A stretch of 64,000 bases of DNA from Nitrospirales bacterium (GTDB lineage: Bacteria > Nitrospirota > Nitrospiria > Nitrospirales > UBA8639). Position numbers and translations under genes: made by a program. The notes beneath the pieces are model-generated. The model worked only from the letters and a program-made list of their open reading frames with translations, had not been told where the DNA came from and searched no databases. This document shows positions 52,199-62,715 of the stretch, piece after piece. The DNA is taken from NCBI GenBank assembly GCA_965203295.1, contig CBDBCZ010000019.1, positions 1,344,001 through 1,408,000 on the forward strand, in the 5' to 3' direction. How positions within the stretch are numbered: the stretch's first letter is position 1; the number at the start of each line of letters is the position of its first letter.

Positions 52199-53287
52199 TT
52201 ACGATGATTTTGGTTTACGAATCACTAATGGAACCGACTCCCAAGTTTCTCCTCCATTTCGTGTGCGGTAGAGACCAGAACTATTAGCCCCAGTATAGAG
52301 GATCTTGGAGTCCAGGGGGTTCATAGCGAGAGTTCGGATATTGAGACTCTCAAAACCCGCATTCATTGAGAGCCACGAGTTGCCGCCATCAAGGCTTTTC
52401 TGAATACCCTCGCGGTTTCCGACATAGATGATGTCAGGAGTTACTGGGTCAATAATCAAGTCGCTCAACATTTGGTCGGGAAGGGATTGCCCGATTTGTT
52501 TCCACGAGAGGCTTCCGTTCGTGGTTTTGTATAAACCCTTGAGGGTGGCGGTATAAACCGTATCCTGATGATGAGGATCAACCTTTATTTTGGTCACGCC
52601 GAGTGCCCGTGAGGATTTCAAAACTTCGGGGGCCACAAGTCCTGTATTCACTTTGACCCACGTCTGGGTTCCGTTCACTGATTTATACACACCTCCGCTG
52701 GTTCCTGCGTAAAGGGTTTGAGGTTGCTTGGGATCAATCGCGATCGAAATGACCATTAAGACTTCTTTCATCCCTTCCATCCGTTTTATTCAGGTCTCCC
52801 CGGCATCCGTTGATTCAAAGACACCCATGGAGGTGGCGGAAAATAGATGATTGCTTGACCCAGGGGCAAACGCGAGTTCATGGACAACTGACGAAATAGT
52901 GACATCATCTAAGCCCGCTCGTCTAGAAGTCCAATTTTGGCCTCCATTAAAGCTTTTATACACCGCATCACCCTTTGTGCCGGCAAATACATTGGCTGGA
53001 AGTATAGGGTCAACCGCCAGTGAAATGACTCGCGAATGAGTCATGCCCCTCGACATGTTCTCCCATGTTTTTCCTTGATCGCGAGATTTGTAAATGTACT
53101 CGTTGGTCGCGAGATAAATGATGTGAGGTTTTGTAGGATGGAGCGCAACTTCCACTACGGGTCCACTGCTTCTGGTGCAGGAAGCCATGCTCAAGAACAG
53201 GATCAGCCATAAAACGGGGGCATCTGTGAGGGGCCAACGGAACGGATCTGTTACCCATGAGCGGTAGATAGAGGAATGGTTCATCAT
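52199..53287 (-). pseudogene. Asp-box (BNR/VPS10-like) beta-propeller lipoprotein split by an in-frame TGA (52790-52792)
   Basis: Repeated S.D.G.TW boxes; STDAGET*IKRMEGMKE is in frame, with the stop at the conserved Trp. Confidence 0.85.
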
Positions 53288-53302
53288 GGGAGAGGGTTAC
53301 CC

Positions 53303-54220
53303 CTACCTGATACGCTGTCCGTTGCTGAGAGGAGTCGAGTGTGGTTGTGATTGGGGAGAGGTAATAGGCGAAAGGTCCGCCACTGGTGCCTTAGGCACTT
53401 GATTGTAAATTTGCAACGCTTCAGGCATCTATTTTTGTAAATCAGCGATACGTGTGTCATGGGCTGGATGCGTCGAAAGAAACTCAGGTGGTTGTCCCTT
53501 AGATGACTGCGCCATCCGTTGCCAGATTCGAGGGGCTTCTCGGAGGTCGTAGCCAGCTTGCGCGGCTAAGAGCAGACCAACATAGTCCGCCTCAGACTCG
53601 TGATGTCGACTGTATGGCAGAAGAACCCCAAATTGGAGGCCGACCCCCAGGGCGGCCATGGTGGCTCGGCTTGTCGTGTTACTGACATTCCCAGCTTCCA
53701 TTCCAATTGCGGCTGCGGCAAGGGTAAGTTGGCCAAGTTGTAACTGGCTCATCCGTTCCCCACTATGTCGGGCTAAGGCATGCACGACTTCGTGCCCCAT
53801 GATAGCAGCAAGACCGGCTTCATTTTTTGCTTCGGGGAAAATTCCCGTATACACAGCTATTTTGCCGCCTGGCAAAGCAAAGGCATTTTTGGTTTTGTCA
53901 TCCTTAATCACTGTGATTTCCCAGTCGAACTTTCGGGCAGACTCAGCATATCGTGATTGTCGGGCAGCTTGAATAATTCGGGTTGCGACACGCCTAACTG
54001 GATTCACCTCTTGAGGGTCTTCCGAAACCTGGACTTTGGGATCGTCGAGGACTTGGGTATAGGCTTGTTCTCCCATTTGGACTTCCTGGGATTCTGGAAA
54101 TATCAATAGTTGAGATCGTTCTGTGTAGGGGTTTGTTTCACATCCGAGAATGAGCCAAGAGAGGCAAACAAGTGTGAGGGCTAGGCGAAGGAAAGAGGAA
54201 TTAATAAAGAGTCCATACAT
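53303..54220 (-). pseudogene. M48 family Zn metallopeptidase lipoprotein with a probable premature TAG (53429-53431); catalytic core complete
   Basis: LILGC lipobox, NAFALPGG, HEVVH, HESEAD, STHP; the frame continues LQK*MPEALQIYNQ for 41 more sense codons. Confidence 0.7.
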
Positions 54221-54391
54221 AAGTTTTTGACTTTTACCAGGTTTTCCGTTTGCCGCTGAAGTTCTGGCGTGCAAGCATCAGAAAGTCAAGGGCGGTTAGA
54301 CATGATAGTCGAAGCTAGGACTGTGGAGTAGGCTAAAGCCGAGGAGATCCACATGACAGCCAAGCTTTGACCAGTAAATTCAAGTGATACT

Positions 54392-55828
54392 TTAATATTC
54401 TGGGATGGTAATATCAAGTTCTGTCACACTTTCATATCGAGCTAACGCGGTCTTCGTTCCTTCCCTTGGGCCGACAATCAGGATTGTAAATCGTTGAGGT
54501 TGTAAATGTTTGCCAACGGCTTCCCTGACTTGATCAACCGTGACCTGTTTAATCCCGTTCCGAAAGCGTTCGAGCCAGTCAGAGGGATACCCATAATATT
54601 CATACGTGATGTATTTTCCTAGGACCTTTCTAGGAGAGTCTATCGAAAAAACAAATGAATTCAGAATGCTGGTTTTGGCGTCGTTCACCTCAGCTTCGGT
54701 TGGCGGGTCTGTCACCATTTTTTGAGCTTCCTCGATTAAGGCATCAATCCCTGGGCCGGTTGTTTCTGTTTTTGTGGACATGGAGAGGCTCGCAGAGCCA
54801 GGATGATCCCATCCAAAGCCAACCCCGCCATGCACATCATAAGCAAGGCCTTTTTGGGATCGTACATTAGAAAACAGGCGTGCCCCAAAAGACCCAGAGA
54901 GAATTTGGTTTGCAATCACGATCGGATAGTAATCGGGGTGGTCCCGTTTGAGACCGAGGTGCCCCATGATGATCTTGGCTTGAGTCATGTCATTTTTTTC
55001 AACATAAAACACACGGGGTGAGGGGGTGGTTTGAAAGGGGGTTGCTGGATCGTCTTGTTCTGCAGCTGGGTTCCAATCACCAAAGACTTGTGTGACCAAC
55101 GCAACAGCCTCTTCGGTAAGAAAATCTCCGACCAATCCCAAAATAATACGATTAGGACGGAAATATTTTTGGTGCCAGCCCAACAGATCCGCCCTCGTGA
55201 TCGATTGAATCGTGGTATAGGTCGAGGTCCATGCATAGGGCGAATCTTTTCCATAAATCAACTTCGTAAACTCGCGGGAGACAATGCCGTCTGGATTGTC
55301 ATTCTGCCTGGCAATGTTGGCCATGACCTGATTTTTAGCGATGGCTAATTTTTTTGGATCAAAGGCTGGATGGCGAACGACATCGCCAAAGACTTTCAAG
55401 ACTTCAGGGAAATCTTCTTTGAGGGAACTCATTGAAGCGGTACCGGAATTTTTCCCAATTCCCGTCTCGATGGACGCTGCTTTGCCTTCAAGGTAGTCGT
55501 CAAGGGCATCTCCAGAGCGTGATTTGGTGCCCCCACTTCGCATTACCGTTCCTGTCAGATCGGCTAGGCCAATTTTCTCGACAGGCTCTAGGCGCGATCC
55601 GGTCCGAATGGTGGCGGATACTCTGACCAAAGGAAGTTCGTGATCTTCCATCAATAGGACAACCATCCCATTGTCAAGCATGATCCTGATGGGTTTTGGA
55701 ATTTGAATTTCAGGAAGGGGAGGATAGGTTAAATCCTCAACGCGTTCTACCTGGGCCCCAAGAGGCCAGGAGGGAAGAAACATGAAGATTGCGATGAACA
55801 CAACTAGACGATTCACATACCAATGCAT
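54392..55828 (-). CDS. M16 peptidase, non-catalytic subunit
   Basis: Signal peptide, LDNGM, RLFSNVRSQKGLAY; no HxxEH. Confidence 0.9.
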   Translation of the reverse strand: MHWYVNRLVVFIAIFMFLPSWPLGAQVERVEDLTYPPLPEIQIPKPIRIMLDNGMVVLLMEDHELPLVRVSATIRTGSRLEPVEKIGLADLTGTVMRSGGTKSRSGDALDDYLEGKAASIETGIGKNSGTASMSSLKEDFPEVLKVFGDVVRHPAFDPKKLAIAKNQVMANIARQNDNPDGIVSREFTKLIYGKDSPYAWTSTYTTIQSITRADLLGWHQKYFRPNRIILGLVGDFLTEEAVALVTQVFGDWNPAAEQDDPATPFQTTPSPRVFYVEKNDMTQAKIIMGHLGLKRDHPDYYPIVIANQILSGSFGARLFSNVRSQKGLAYDVHGGVGFGWDHPGSASLSMSTKTETTGPGIDALIEEAQKMVTDPPTEAEVNDAKTSILNSFVFSIDSPRKVLGKYITYEYYGYPSDWLERFRNGIKQVTVDQVREAVGKHLQPQRFTILIVGPREGTKTALARYESVTELDITIPEY

Positions 55829-55852
55829 GGTCTATCTGCTCCTCTCGGTGGA

Positions 55853-57439
55853 TCAGTGTTGGGTTGCCTTGGTTCTGGCCTGCTGATTCTGTAGGGGAGG
55901 CGACTCGGTCTCGATCATGGCCACAATGCGATTGGACGCGACGAATGTGTGATTGGCCACTCGGCGTATATCGGATTTGATCACCTTGTCAAAGCGTTCA
56001 ATGTAACGGAATAGCTCACGCCAATCACCGAAGAGGGTGTGATAATCCGTCAGGCTCATCGCCAGGCCTAAATTGCTACCGAGGGATTGAACGAGGCTGG
56101 CTTTAGCACGGGTTCGGAACTTGGCTAATTCTTCATCTGTCACATCCTCGGTCTGTAAACGATGGAGTTCTTCTCGAATGGCTTTCTGCACCGTTTCATT
56201 TGCCACTCCGCGTGCAGGGACCGCATAGGCCGTCCATAAATGCGGGTATTTCTCGCCTGGATACGCTCCAAAACTTCCTGCGGCGACAGCGATTTTCTTA
56301 TCGCGGACTAACGATCGATAAAATCGAGAGGTCCGACCATTCGTGAGAATATCGTCAATGGCGTCAAAAATCGGTTGATCCTCATGAGTGACCGCAGGTT
56401 TATGGTAGCCCTCAACGTAGAAGGGTTGGGCCGGATCCTTGAGAATAACCGTCTTTTCAGCAGTGGAGGGCGGTTCTGTGGTTCGGAGCGGAGGCGATGG
56501 GTTGCCCGCAGGAATACGACCAAAGTAGGTCTTCAAAAGTGGGATGAGTGTTTCAGCTTTCACGTCTCCCACAATCGCGGTCACCATATTCGAAGGAATG
56601 TAGTAGGTACGATAAAATTTCTCAGCGTCAGTCATCGTGTACGACTGAATGTCACTGGCATACCCGATAACTGGGTGATGGTAAGGATGGGCGATAAATG
56701 CGGTAGAGAGAAATTGTTCCGTGAGTCGACCGACTGGACGACTTTCCGTTCGAAGCCGCCGCTCCTCCATGACCACATCCCGTTCTTCATAGAACTCCCG
56801 AAAAACCGGGTGGAGAAAGCGCTCGGATTCTAAATACGTAAAAAGCTCAACCTTATTAGCGGGAAGAGCATAGAAGTAGCCCGTCACATCAGCTCCCGTG
56901 AAGGCATTAAGGGCAACTCCACCTTCCCGTTCGATAATGTCTCCGAATTCATTTTTTTTGACATATTGAGCAGCAGCCTCTTGTTTGGCTCTAAAGGTTG
57001 CAAAAAGCTCTTTGACCCTTTCAGCATTGGGCTGAGGAGAAAGACGTTCAGCCTGGTACGCTTGATACGAAACTTCAAGTTCTTCTAGAGACTTTTTCTC
57101 AGCTTCATAATTGGTCGTCCCAAGATGAGGGGTACCTTTAAATGCCATATGTTCAAACATATGAGCGAGTCCCGTCACTCCAGTGCCTTCCTGGGCTGAT
57201 CCCACATTCACGCGGGTCATAAAAGCGAAAACAGGAGCAACGGGTCGTTCGACAATAATAAACGTCCAGCCATTTTTAAGCGTATGCGTCGTGACCTGTT
57301 TCTCGAAGGAGGCAAGATCTTGACCTTGAACCTCCGATGGTCCAAACGGAAATAGAAGCAGAAGAAACAATAACGGAGACAAAATACGAAACAACGGAAC
57401 GAATCGTGAAAACATAGACAATGACCTCATTATATGCAA
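55853..57439 (-). CDS. M16 (pitrilysin-family) peptidase, catalytic subunit
   Basis: GLAHMFEHMAFKGT (HxxEH), LNAFT, ERDVVMEERR. Confidence 0.93.
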   Translation of the reverse strand: MHIMRSLSMFSRFVPLFRILSPLLFLLLLFPFGPSEVQGQDLASFEKQVTTHTLKNGWTFIIVERPVAPVFAFMTRVNVGSAQEGTGVTGLAHMFEHMAFKGTPHLGTTNYEAEKKSLEELEVSYQAYQAERLSPQPNAERVKELFATFRAKQEAAAQYVKKNEFGDIIEREGGVALNAFTGADVTGYFYALPANKVELFTYLESERFLHPVFREFYEERDVVMEERRLRTESRPVGRLTEQFLSTAFIAHPYHHPVIGYASDIQSYTMTDAEKFYRTYYIPSNMVTAIVGDVKAETLIPLLKTYFGRIPAGNPSPPLRTTEPPSTAEKTVILKDPAQPFYVEGYHKPAVTHEDQPIFDAIDDILTNGRTSRFYRSLVRDKKIAVAAGSFGAYPGEKYPHLWTAYAVPARGVANETVQKAIREELHRLQTEDVTDEELAKFRTRAKASLVQSLGSNLGLAMSLTDYHTLFGDWRELFRYIERFDKVIKSDIRRVANHTFVASNRIVAMIETESPPLQNQQARTKATQH

Positions 57440-57593
57440 CTAAAATATTTTTCTTCTTAATCTTAACGGGTGGATCATGGTGTTGCAAGGCAGAAAGAAT
57501 TTGCAACAGGTTTTTTCACAGATCTTGGGGATTGAGTAGGATTCTAGATATATTCTCTCTGTGGGATTTGGCATACCATTACTCAAGTTTAAA

Positions 57594-57940
57594 CCTGAAT
57601 CCGGTGTGAACGTTTTAGCACGGGCTGTCGCATGAGCACTCAGAGGCTTCAGAAGAGCCACCTTCCCGATTGCGCCCAAAGCTACCTTTTGGGAAGCTTT
57701 GAGATGCATGCCACCATGCGGGTTCACGGAAGCTGAAGATCACGTTCGGAGCAACGACCCTGACCCCCTACGGGGGCGTGTGCCTTCTGCATCGATTCTT
57801 CAGTCGCCTTCGGTTGAGAAAGCTTCTGACCCAGGAGGTACGCCTTCTCCAGCACAACAACCGCTACACCACAGGGGAGATGCGGCTCACCCTCCTCTCC
57901 CCGATGTTCCTCGGGCTCGAACGGATCGAGTCGAGCGACC
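57594..57940 (+). mobile_element. IS1380-family remnant: probable left end plus 5' transposase fragment
   Basis: Starts CCTGAAT; frameshifted MPP.G..RKLKITFGATTLTPYGGVCLLHRFF...NNRYTTGEM.L.LL.PM.LGLERIE, then breaks off. Confidence 0.65.
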
Positions 57941-58019
57941 CCAGCTTGGAAGCGTTTCTGAACGCGTAGTGAAATACCCGCCTTGTTCTCTCCTCGTGAC
58001 AAGGGGACCGCACGTATGA
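57941..58019 (+). pseudogene. 3' remnant of a universal stress protein gene
   Basis: LGSVSERVVKYPPCSLLVTR matches the USP C-terminal consensus LGSVS..V...APC.VLVV; its stop overlaps the next ATG (ATGA). Confidence 0.7.
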
Positions 58020-58705
58020 GTTGGCTGCGGTCCCTAGGGGTGATCAGCCTGGGTTTTTTGGTCAATGGCTGCGCAAGCCCGGTTGACAAACTGTGGCCAC
58101 TACCACCGGATGTTCCTGCGCATACCATCATCGTCTCTATAGACACCATTCACGCCATGATTGCGTTTCCTGTTTCACAGTCCCGTCCGGATTCCCGTCA
58201 CCCACCGTTGTATGAGGAATGGGGCTACGCCGAACAAGCTTGGTATCTCGAGCAGAGGATGGGCTTAGGTGGAGTACTCCGAGCACTGTTCTGGGAATCC
58301 TCAGGAGTTGTTGAAGTAGGTCTGCATGAGCAACTTTGGAGCCAGCGAACCCCGCAGCTCCCAGCCGAACAGTTTACTTTTCGCCTCAGCGAGAATAGCT
58401 ATGTGCGCTTACGTCACTACCTTGAAGCATCAAAGGCCGACGGGGCACTGATTCTGAAAGTGGGCGGGAGCGAGTTTTACCGAGCAACCGATTCCTATCA
58501 TGTTTTTCACAACTGTCATCACTATGCCGCTGGGGCACTTCGCGCGGCTGGGCTCCCGATTTCTACCTTTTGGGCCTTGACCCGCGGGATGTTTGCGGCT
58601 CAGCTCCAACGGGCGGAACAAATGGCAGAGTCAGTAGACAGCTCGCAAGCCGGAGATCACGATGGTACCTTCAGGCCTCGCGGCTACAACCGCGCTAACA
58701 GTTGA
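58016..58705 (+). CDS. DUF2459-like lipoprotein
   Basis: LVNGC lipobox; EWGYAEQAWY, LRALFW, FY.A..SYHVFHNC...A..LRAAGLP. Confidence 0.7.
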   Translation: MSWLRSLGVISLGFLVNGCASPVDKLWPLPPDVPAHTIIVSIDTIHAMIAFPVSQSRPDSRHPPLYEEWGYAEQAWYLEQRMGLGGVLRALFWESSGVVEVGLHEQLWSQRTPQLPAEQFTFRLSENSYVRLRHYLEASKADGALILKVGGSEFYRATDSYHVFHNCHHYAAGALRAAGLPISTFWALTRGMFAAQLQRAEQMAESVDSSQAGDHDGTFRPRGYNRANS

Positions 58706-58943
58706 TATGGTCCGCTTCACAATTTCGCCTTTTTCAATCGCGAAGGCTTTCCCAAATCTCCTTCAAGCTCTGTGTTCAACCTACTGACCGGGAAGGGTAC
58801 ACTTCACGGCAAGAAATTGCCCTTTCATGCCCTCCCACGACCCAGAAATCTGCTGGAGCTTTGCCTCGGCTACGAGCAACCCAACGAGCATATTGCTTGA
58901 CCCGTACCTCAAGGCGCTATTCGTCGCCTGGCGTCCACTAAAG

Positions 58944-59237
58944 AGGGGAAAGATCAACACGGAGGTCTTGGTCAGTCGGCAGCGCCGCCGCAATGCGATT
59001 GAGCCAACCATTGGGCATATGAAAGACGACGGATGGTTGGGCCGGAACTACCTGAAGGGCACCAAAGGCGATCAGGTGAATGCCCTGTTGTGTGGCGTGG
59101 GGCAGAACTTACGAGCCATTCTCAGACACCTGAGAATTTTTTGGCTTCGGTTCCTGGTGGCGACCATCAAACAAATTCTTAGGTCCAATATGATAGGGGC
59201 GAGAGCTTACTAAAAAGGACTTTTTCAGAGACGACTA
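58944..59237 (+). mobile_element. IS5-family remnant: transposase C-terminus and right end
   Basis: RRNAIEPTIGHMKDDG.LGRNYLKG..GD..NALLC..GQNLR; ends TTTTTCAGAGACGACTA. Confidence 0.8.
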
Positions 59238-59248
59238 AGAAGAGTCCT

Positions 59249-59485
59249 TTGAGTCTGGAGAAATTTGAAGAATTTTTTCGGTTATTGCCTAAACGAGAGG
59301 ATAGTGAACGGAGTTGGACAGTAAGCCGCAAAGATATTGATGAGAAGGGCTATGACCTAAAAGCTGCCAATCTTTATGCAAAAAACGAAGAAGATACACG
59401 AACACAGGAAGAACTCTTGGACTTTATTGAAGCCAAAGGGCGTGAAGTAGCTGAGGCTATTTCTGTACTTCGAAAATCTTACTGA
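59249..59485 (+). pseudogene. C-terminal remnant of a type I restriction-modification M subunit (HsdM/N-6 DNA methylase)
   Basis: SERSWTV..K.I...GYDLKA.N..AK..EDTRT.EELL..IE resembles HsdM C-termini; begins directly after the IS5 end. Confidence 0.6.
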
Positions 59486-59639
59486 TGAGAGTTAGGGTTA
59501 GCGTAAGTTTGCGAAAAATGTGCATCTATAAATAGCTAAGAAATCAACCTGACTTGAGACAATATTCATTCCTCGAATTTCAAGAATCTCTAAAGAATTA
59601 TGTAACAGGTCGGGAAAGCCAGAGAGGTAGTTTATATGG

Positions 59640-60311
59640 CTAATCTTCGTCACCGCTAAAGGTCAATAATCCATCCGCGAAACAAACCGCTAAGGCTAAT
59701 GCACATCCTAATCGCCCAATTTCATCCCGTCGGCAATTTCGATGTTCATCAAGACATTGGAATGCTGGTTGTTGATAGTGGGGGGGTACGCCTTTCACAG
59801 AATCAATAAAGGCTTCCACAGGCTCCGATTCACTGTCTGTCGTTTCGGGATGCAGAGGTTTGAAAGGAGTTGGTTGAAGGCCACTTAACGGAGAAGTTTC
59901 AATCATCCCTATCGGGGGAGAGGATTCCATTTTCTTCAATTGGGCTTGGATTATTCTTAAAGCGTTTGACAGAACTTCTTTCTCTGTTTCATCATCAACG
60001 TTCTTTACATGTTGGGTTAGTTCAATAGCTAAAATCTCTAGTCTAACAGTTTTAGTATTTTTCTCATCCGTAATTGCCGAGCTAGAATCCTGAACACTCG
60101 TAGTAAGACCGCGACTATGTAGACGAATTTCAGACGACAAAATAAGTCTATTTTGCTCGCTCATGTGGAATAATAGTTCCCGCGCCGATACCCTCATCTC
60201 CTTTGTAGGGGCATTCTCGCTTAATGTAACAAGAGCTTCGAGTGCCCTATCATCTCCATAAACATAAATTTTAGGTTGGGTACACCCAAGTAAGCTAAGA
60301 GTGACTATCAT
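59640..60311 (-). CDS. Hypothetical lipoprotein in an AT-rich segment
   Basis: 223-aa ORF with an LLGC lipobox and a Cys-rich C-terminus; the signal lacks an n-region, so the start is uncertain. Confidence 0.6.
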   Translation of the reverse strand: MIVTLSLLGCTQPKIYVYGDDRALEALVTLSENAPTKEMRVSARELLFHMSEQNRLILSSEIRLHSRGLTTSVQDSSSAITDEKNTKTVRLEILAIELTQHVKNVDDETEKEVLSNALRIIQAQLKKMESSPPIGMIETSPLSGLQPTPFKPLHPETTDSESEPVEAFIDSVKGVPPHYQQPAFQCLDEHRNCRRDEIGRLGCALALAVCFADGLLTFSGDED

Positions 60312-60992
60312 GCTTGCCCAAAAAAATTAAACAAAATACTACTCACTTTTAGCCATCAATGAGAGGGATAAGTAGTTGTTTAACACATATTGCAGCGCCT
60401 AATAAGACTCAAGGTTAAATGTTGCATATTTAGGTGAGCAGATAGCGCGATTTTTATGGCATGTCAAGTTCAGATTTTTTCACTCTTCTAATCGGGTCCT
60501 GAGTTATTTGGGGTACGATACACTAACTATTCGCGGAGCCAGAGTTTTATTAAGCTGCGAGCCCTGCCCTTGTGTATTGCATGCTGAATCCCTTTTGGTT
60601 TGAAGGATGTAGAATAGGCTAGGAGGGCGGTACGGAAAGATAAGGGGGAGATAGACAACCTCTGGGCTGCAAGGCGAATGGTTCAGATCACCAAATTGGT
60701 GGAGCGTTTGTAGGGATAACTTACCTTGCTTGAGCAGTTTGACAAGTCCGCAAACGCATTTACCTTACTAGCAGCCCATTGAGAATTATTTCTTGCGAGA
60801 TGCAAGGCTAGGCGTCGGGTTCCCTAAAGTGGTCCCTCGCCTGCCGACAAAGCCCCCCCGGGGTTGACTTGGATGGGACGACGACGCGCAAAAAAATATT
60901 CCCACTGAGAACAATATGTGGGCTAAAATGTGGGGTGATAAATAATAAAAGACTTAAATAATTAATATAATCAATATAATATGAACGTAAAT

Positions 60993-61080
60993 TGGCGGAG
61001 GGGGTGGGATTCGAACCCACGGTCCCGTGAAGGACTCCGGTTTTCAAGACCGGCGCCTTAGACCACTCGACCACCCCTCC
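60993..61080 (-). tRNA. tRNA-Ser (UGA anticodon)
   Basis: 88 nt: GGAGGGG...CCGGT-CTTGAAA-ACCGG, long variable arm, TTCGAAT, G73 and encoded CCA. Confidence 0.97.
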
Positions 61081-61189
61081 GTATATGATTTGCCATGCAA
61101 ATGATGGTGATGAATTATAGAAGCGTGGTCCCTTGTACTGAATCTAAGATTTCGGGATACAAGACTTTACACTCGAGACGTTGCACGGT

Positions 61190-61435
61190 TCACTTGTGAA
61201 TGGGTTCCTCAAATTTCCTCCACCCTTTGCGGTTCATACATACTTCAACTTGGGCCTCGGGGCCCATTCCCCCCGTCGCGGACAACTTCTCTGGATCCTC
61301 ACATGCTTCCTTATCTCGGTGATATTGTTCCTGGGATGCTCCGGGCTTCGACCAGATAGTTCGATAATCTTGGCCAGAACAACTCACAAGGAATAGGGCC
61401 AATCCCAGTGCACAGAATAGAATCAAATGTTTCAT
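61190..61435 (-). CDS. Small lipoprotein with a probable disulfide pair
   Basis: MKHLILF...LVSC lipobox; W.KPG.....Y.RD...C...CM..KGW; ATGA overlap with the serS stop. Confidence 0.75.
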   Translation of the reverse strand: MKHLILFCALGLALFLVSCSGQDYRTIWSKPGASQEQYHRDKEACEDPEKLSATGGMGPEAQVEVCMNRKGWRKFEEPIHK

Positions 61436-62715
61436 GTCTCCTTCCTTTCCGATATGCGTTCTTGTCCTTGGCAATATGGTCTCAGGGCTTCTGGAATCAC
61501 GACCGAACCATCAGCCTGCTGATAATTTTCTATGATTGCTACCAGCGTACGCCCAATGGCCAATCCCGACCCATTTAACGTATGGAGAGGTTCAGGTTTG
61601 CCATCCGTAGGTCGGTAGCGGAGGTTCATGCGTCGAGCTTGAAAGGTCTCGAAATTGCTGCAAGAAGACACCTCACGATAGCATTGCTGCGAAGGGATCC
61701 ATACTTCCAAATCATATGTTTTAGCTACCGAAAAGCCAAGGTCTCCTGTACAGAGTGTTATGACACGGTATGGGAGGTCTAACCGTTGCAACACTGTTTC
61801 AGCAGCTTGTGTGAGGGTTTCAAGTTCTTGATAAGAGTCCGTAGGCTTTGATAGGGCAACGAGTTCTACCTTGTTAAATTGGTGAACTCGAATTAACCCT
61901 CGTGTGTCCTGCCCGTATGACCCGGCTTCTCGACGAAAGCATGGTGTATGAGCGACATAGCGACGTGGAAGAGCATCGGCTGGCAGAATTTCATCGCTAT
62001 GCAAGTTCGTCAGTGGCACTTCCGAAGTAGGAATGAGAAAGTAAGGATCGTCACTTAGGCGAAACAGGTCCGCTTCAAATTTAGGCAATTGTCCGGTTCC
62101 CGTCATTGCTGTTTGATTGACTAAAAAGGGCGGAAGGATTTCTGTATACCCATGTTCGTTGATGTGCAGGTCTAGCATAAAATTTGCCAGAGCACGCTCT
62201 AATCTCGCACCAAGCCAGACCATGACGGAGAAACGCGCGCCAGTTACTTTGCTGGCCCGGTCAAAATCAACAATGCCTAAGGCCTCTCCAATTTCCCAAT
62301 GAGGTTTGGGGGCAAAGTCGAAAGTGGGAGGGGAACCCCAACGCCGAATTTCCACATTGTCGCTGGGCTGAACGCCAATCGGTACAGAAGAATGAGGAAG
62401 ATTAGGAATCCGTAAGGCTTCTTCGTTGAGGCTCTCTTCCAGGGATCGAAGCCGTTCTTCGAGGATTTTTATCTCGTCTCCAAGAGCTTTCATCTGTTGA
62501 ATGGCCTCTTCTGCTGGCTGCTTAGTGCGTTTGAGTTGGGCGACTTGGTCTGAGCCTTTTTTTAGTTGAGATCGGAGGCTTTCAACTTGTTGTAGGACAT
62601 CCAGTCGTTCGTGAAGTAATTTGTGGACATCATCCCACTTCACGTCAATACCGCGAGGACCTAATTGATCTTTTATCATTTCCAATTGGTCCCTGAGGTC
62701 GCGAAGATCGTACAT
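61432..62715 (-). CDS. serS: Serine--tRNA ligase
   Basis: [51 protein letters not shown]. Confidence 0.99.
   Translation of the reverse strand: MYDLRDLRDQLEMIKDQLGPRGIDVKWDDVHKLLHERLDVLQQVESLRSQLKKGSDQVAQLKRTKQPAEEAIQQMKALGDEIKILEERLRSLEESLNEEALRIPNLPHSSVPIGVQPSDNVEIRRWGSPPTFDFAPKPHWEIGEALGIVDFDRASKVTGARFSVMVWLGARLERALANFMLDLHINEHGYTEILPPFLVNQTAMTGTGQLPKFEADLFRLSDDPYFLIPTSEVPLTNLHSDEILPADALPRRYVAHTPCFRREAGSYGQDTRGLIRVHQFNKVELVALSKPTDSYQELETLTQAAETVLQRLDLPYRVITLCTGDLGFSVAKTYDLEVWIPSQQCYREVSSCSNFETFQARRMNLRYRPTDGKPEPLHTLNGSGLAIGRTLVAIIENYQQADGSVVIPEALRPYCQGQERISERKET

Noticed and set aside
47717..53431. UGA recoding (genetic code 4 or 25, or selenocysteine) as the explanation for the in-frame stops
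   Set aside because: The TGAs replace different expected residues (Trp, Arg, Gly), one lesion is TAG and others are frameshifts. Intact genes such as rpsB, cinA, thpR, guaA and aspS use TGA as a true stop.
57699..58019. The 106-aa ORF as a genuine novel gene
   Set aside because: It is a chance chimera of an out-of-frame IS fragment and a USP C-terminus.
60693..60704. AAATTGGTGGAG as a duplicated tRNA-Ser 3' end (att repeat)
   Set aside because: Only 11/12 nt match, partly outside the tRNA; too short to separate from chance.
60993..61080. Selenocysteine or opal-suppressor tRNA
   Set aside because: The anticodon is UGA, which reads UCA (Ser), not UCA. The acceptor stem is a normal 7 bp.
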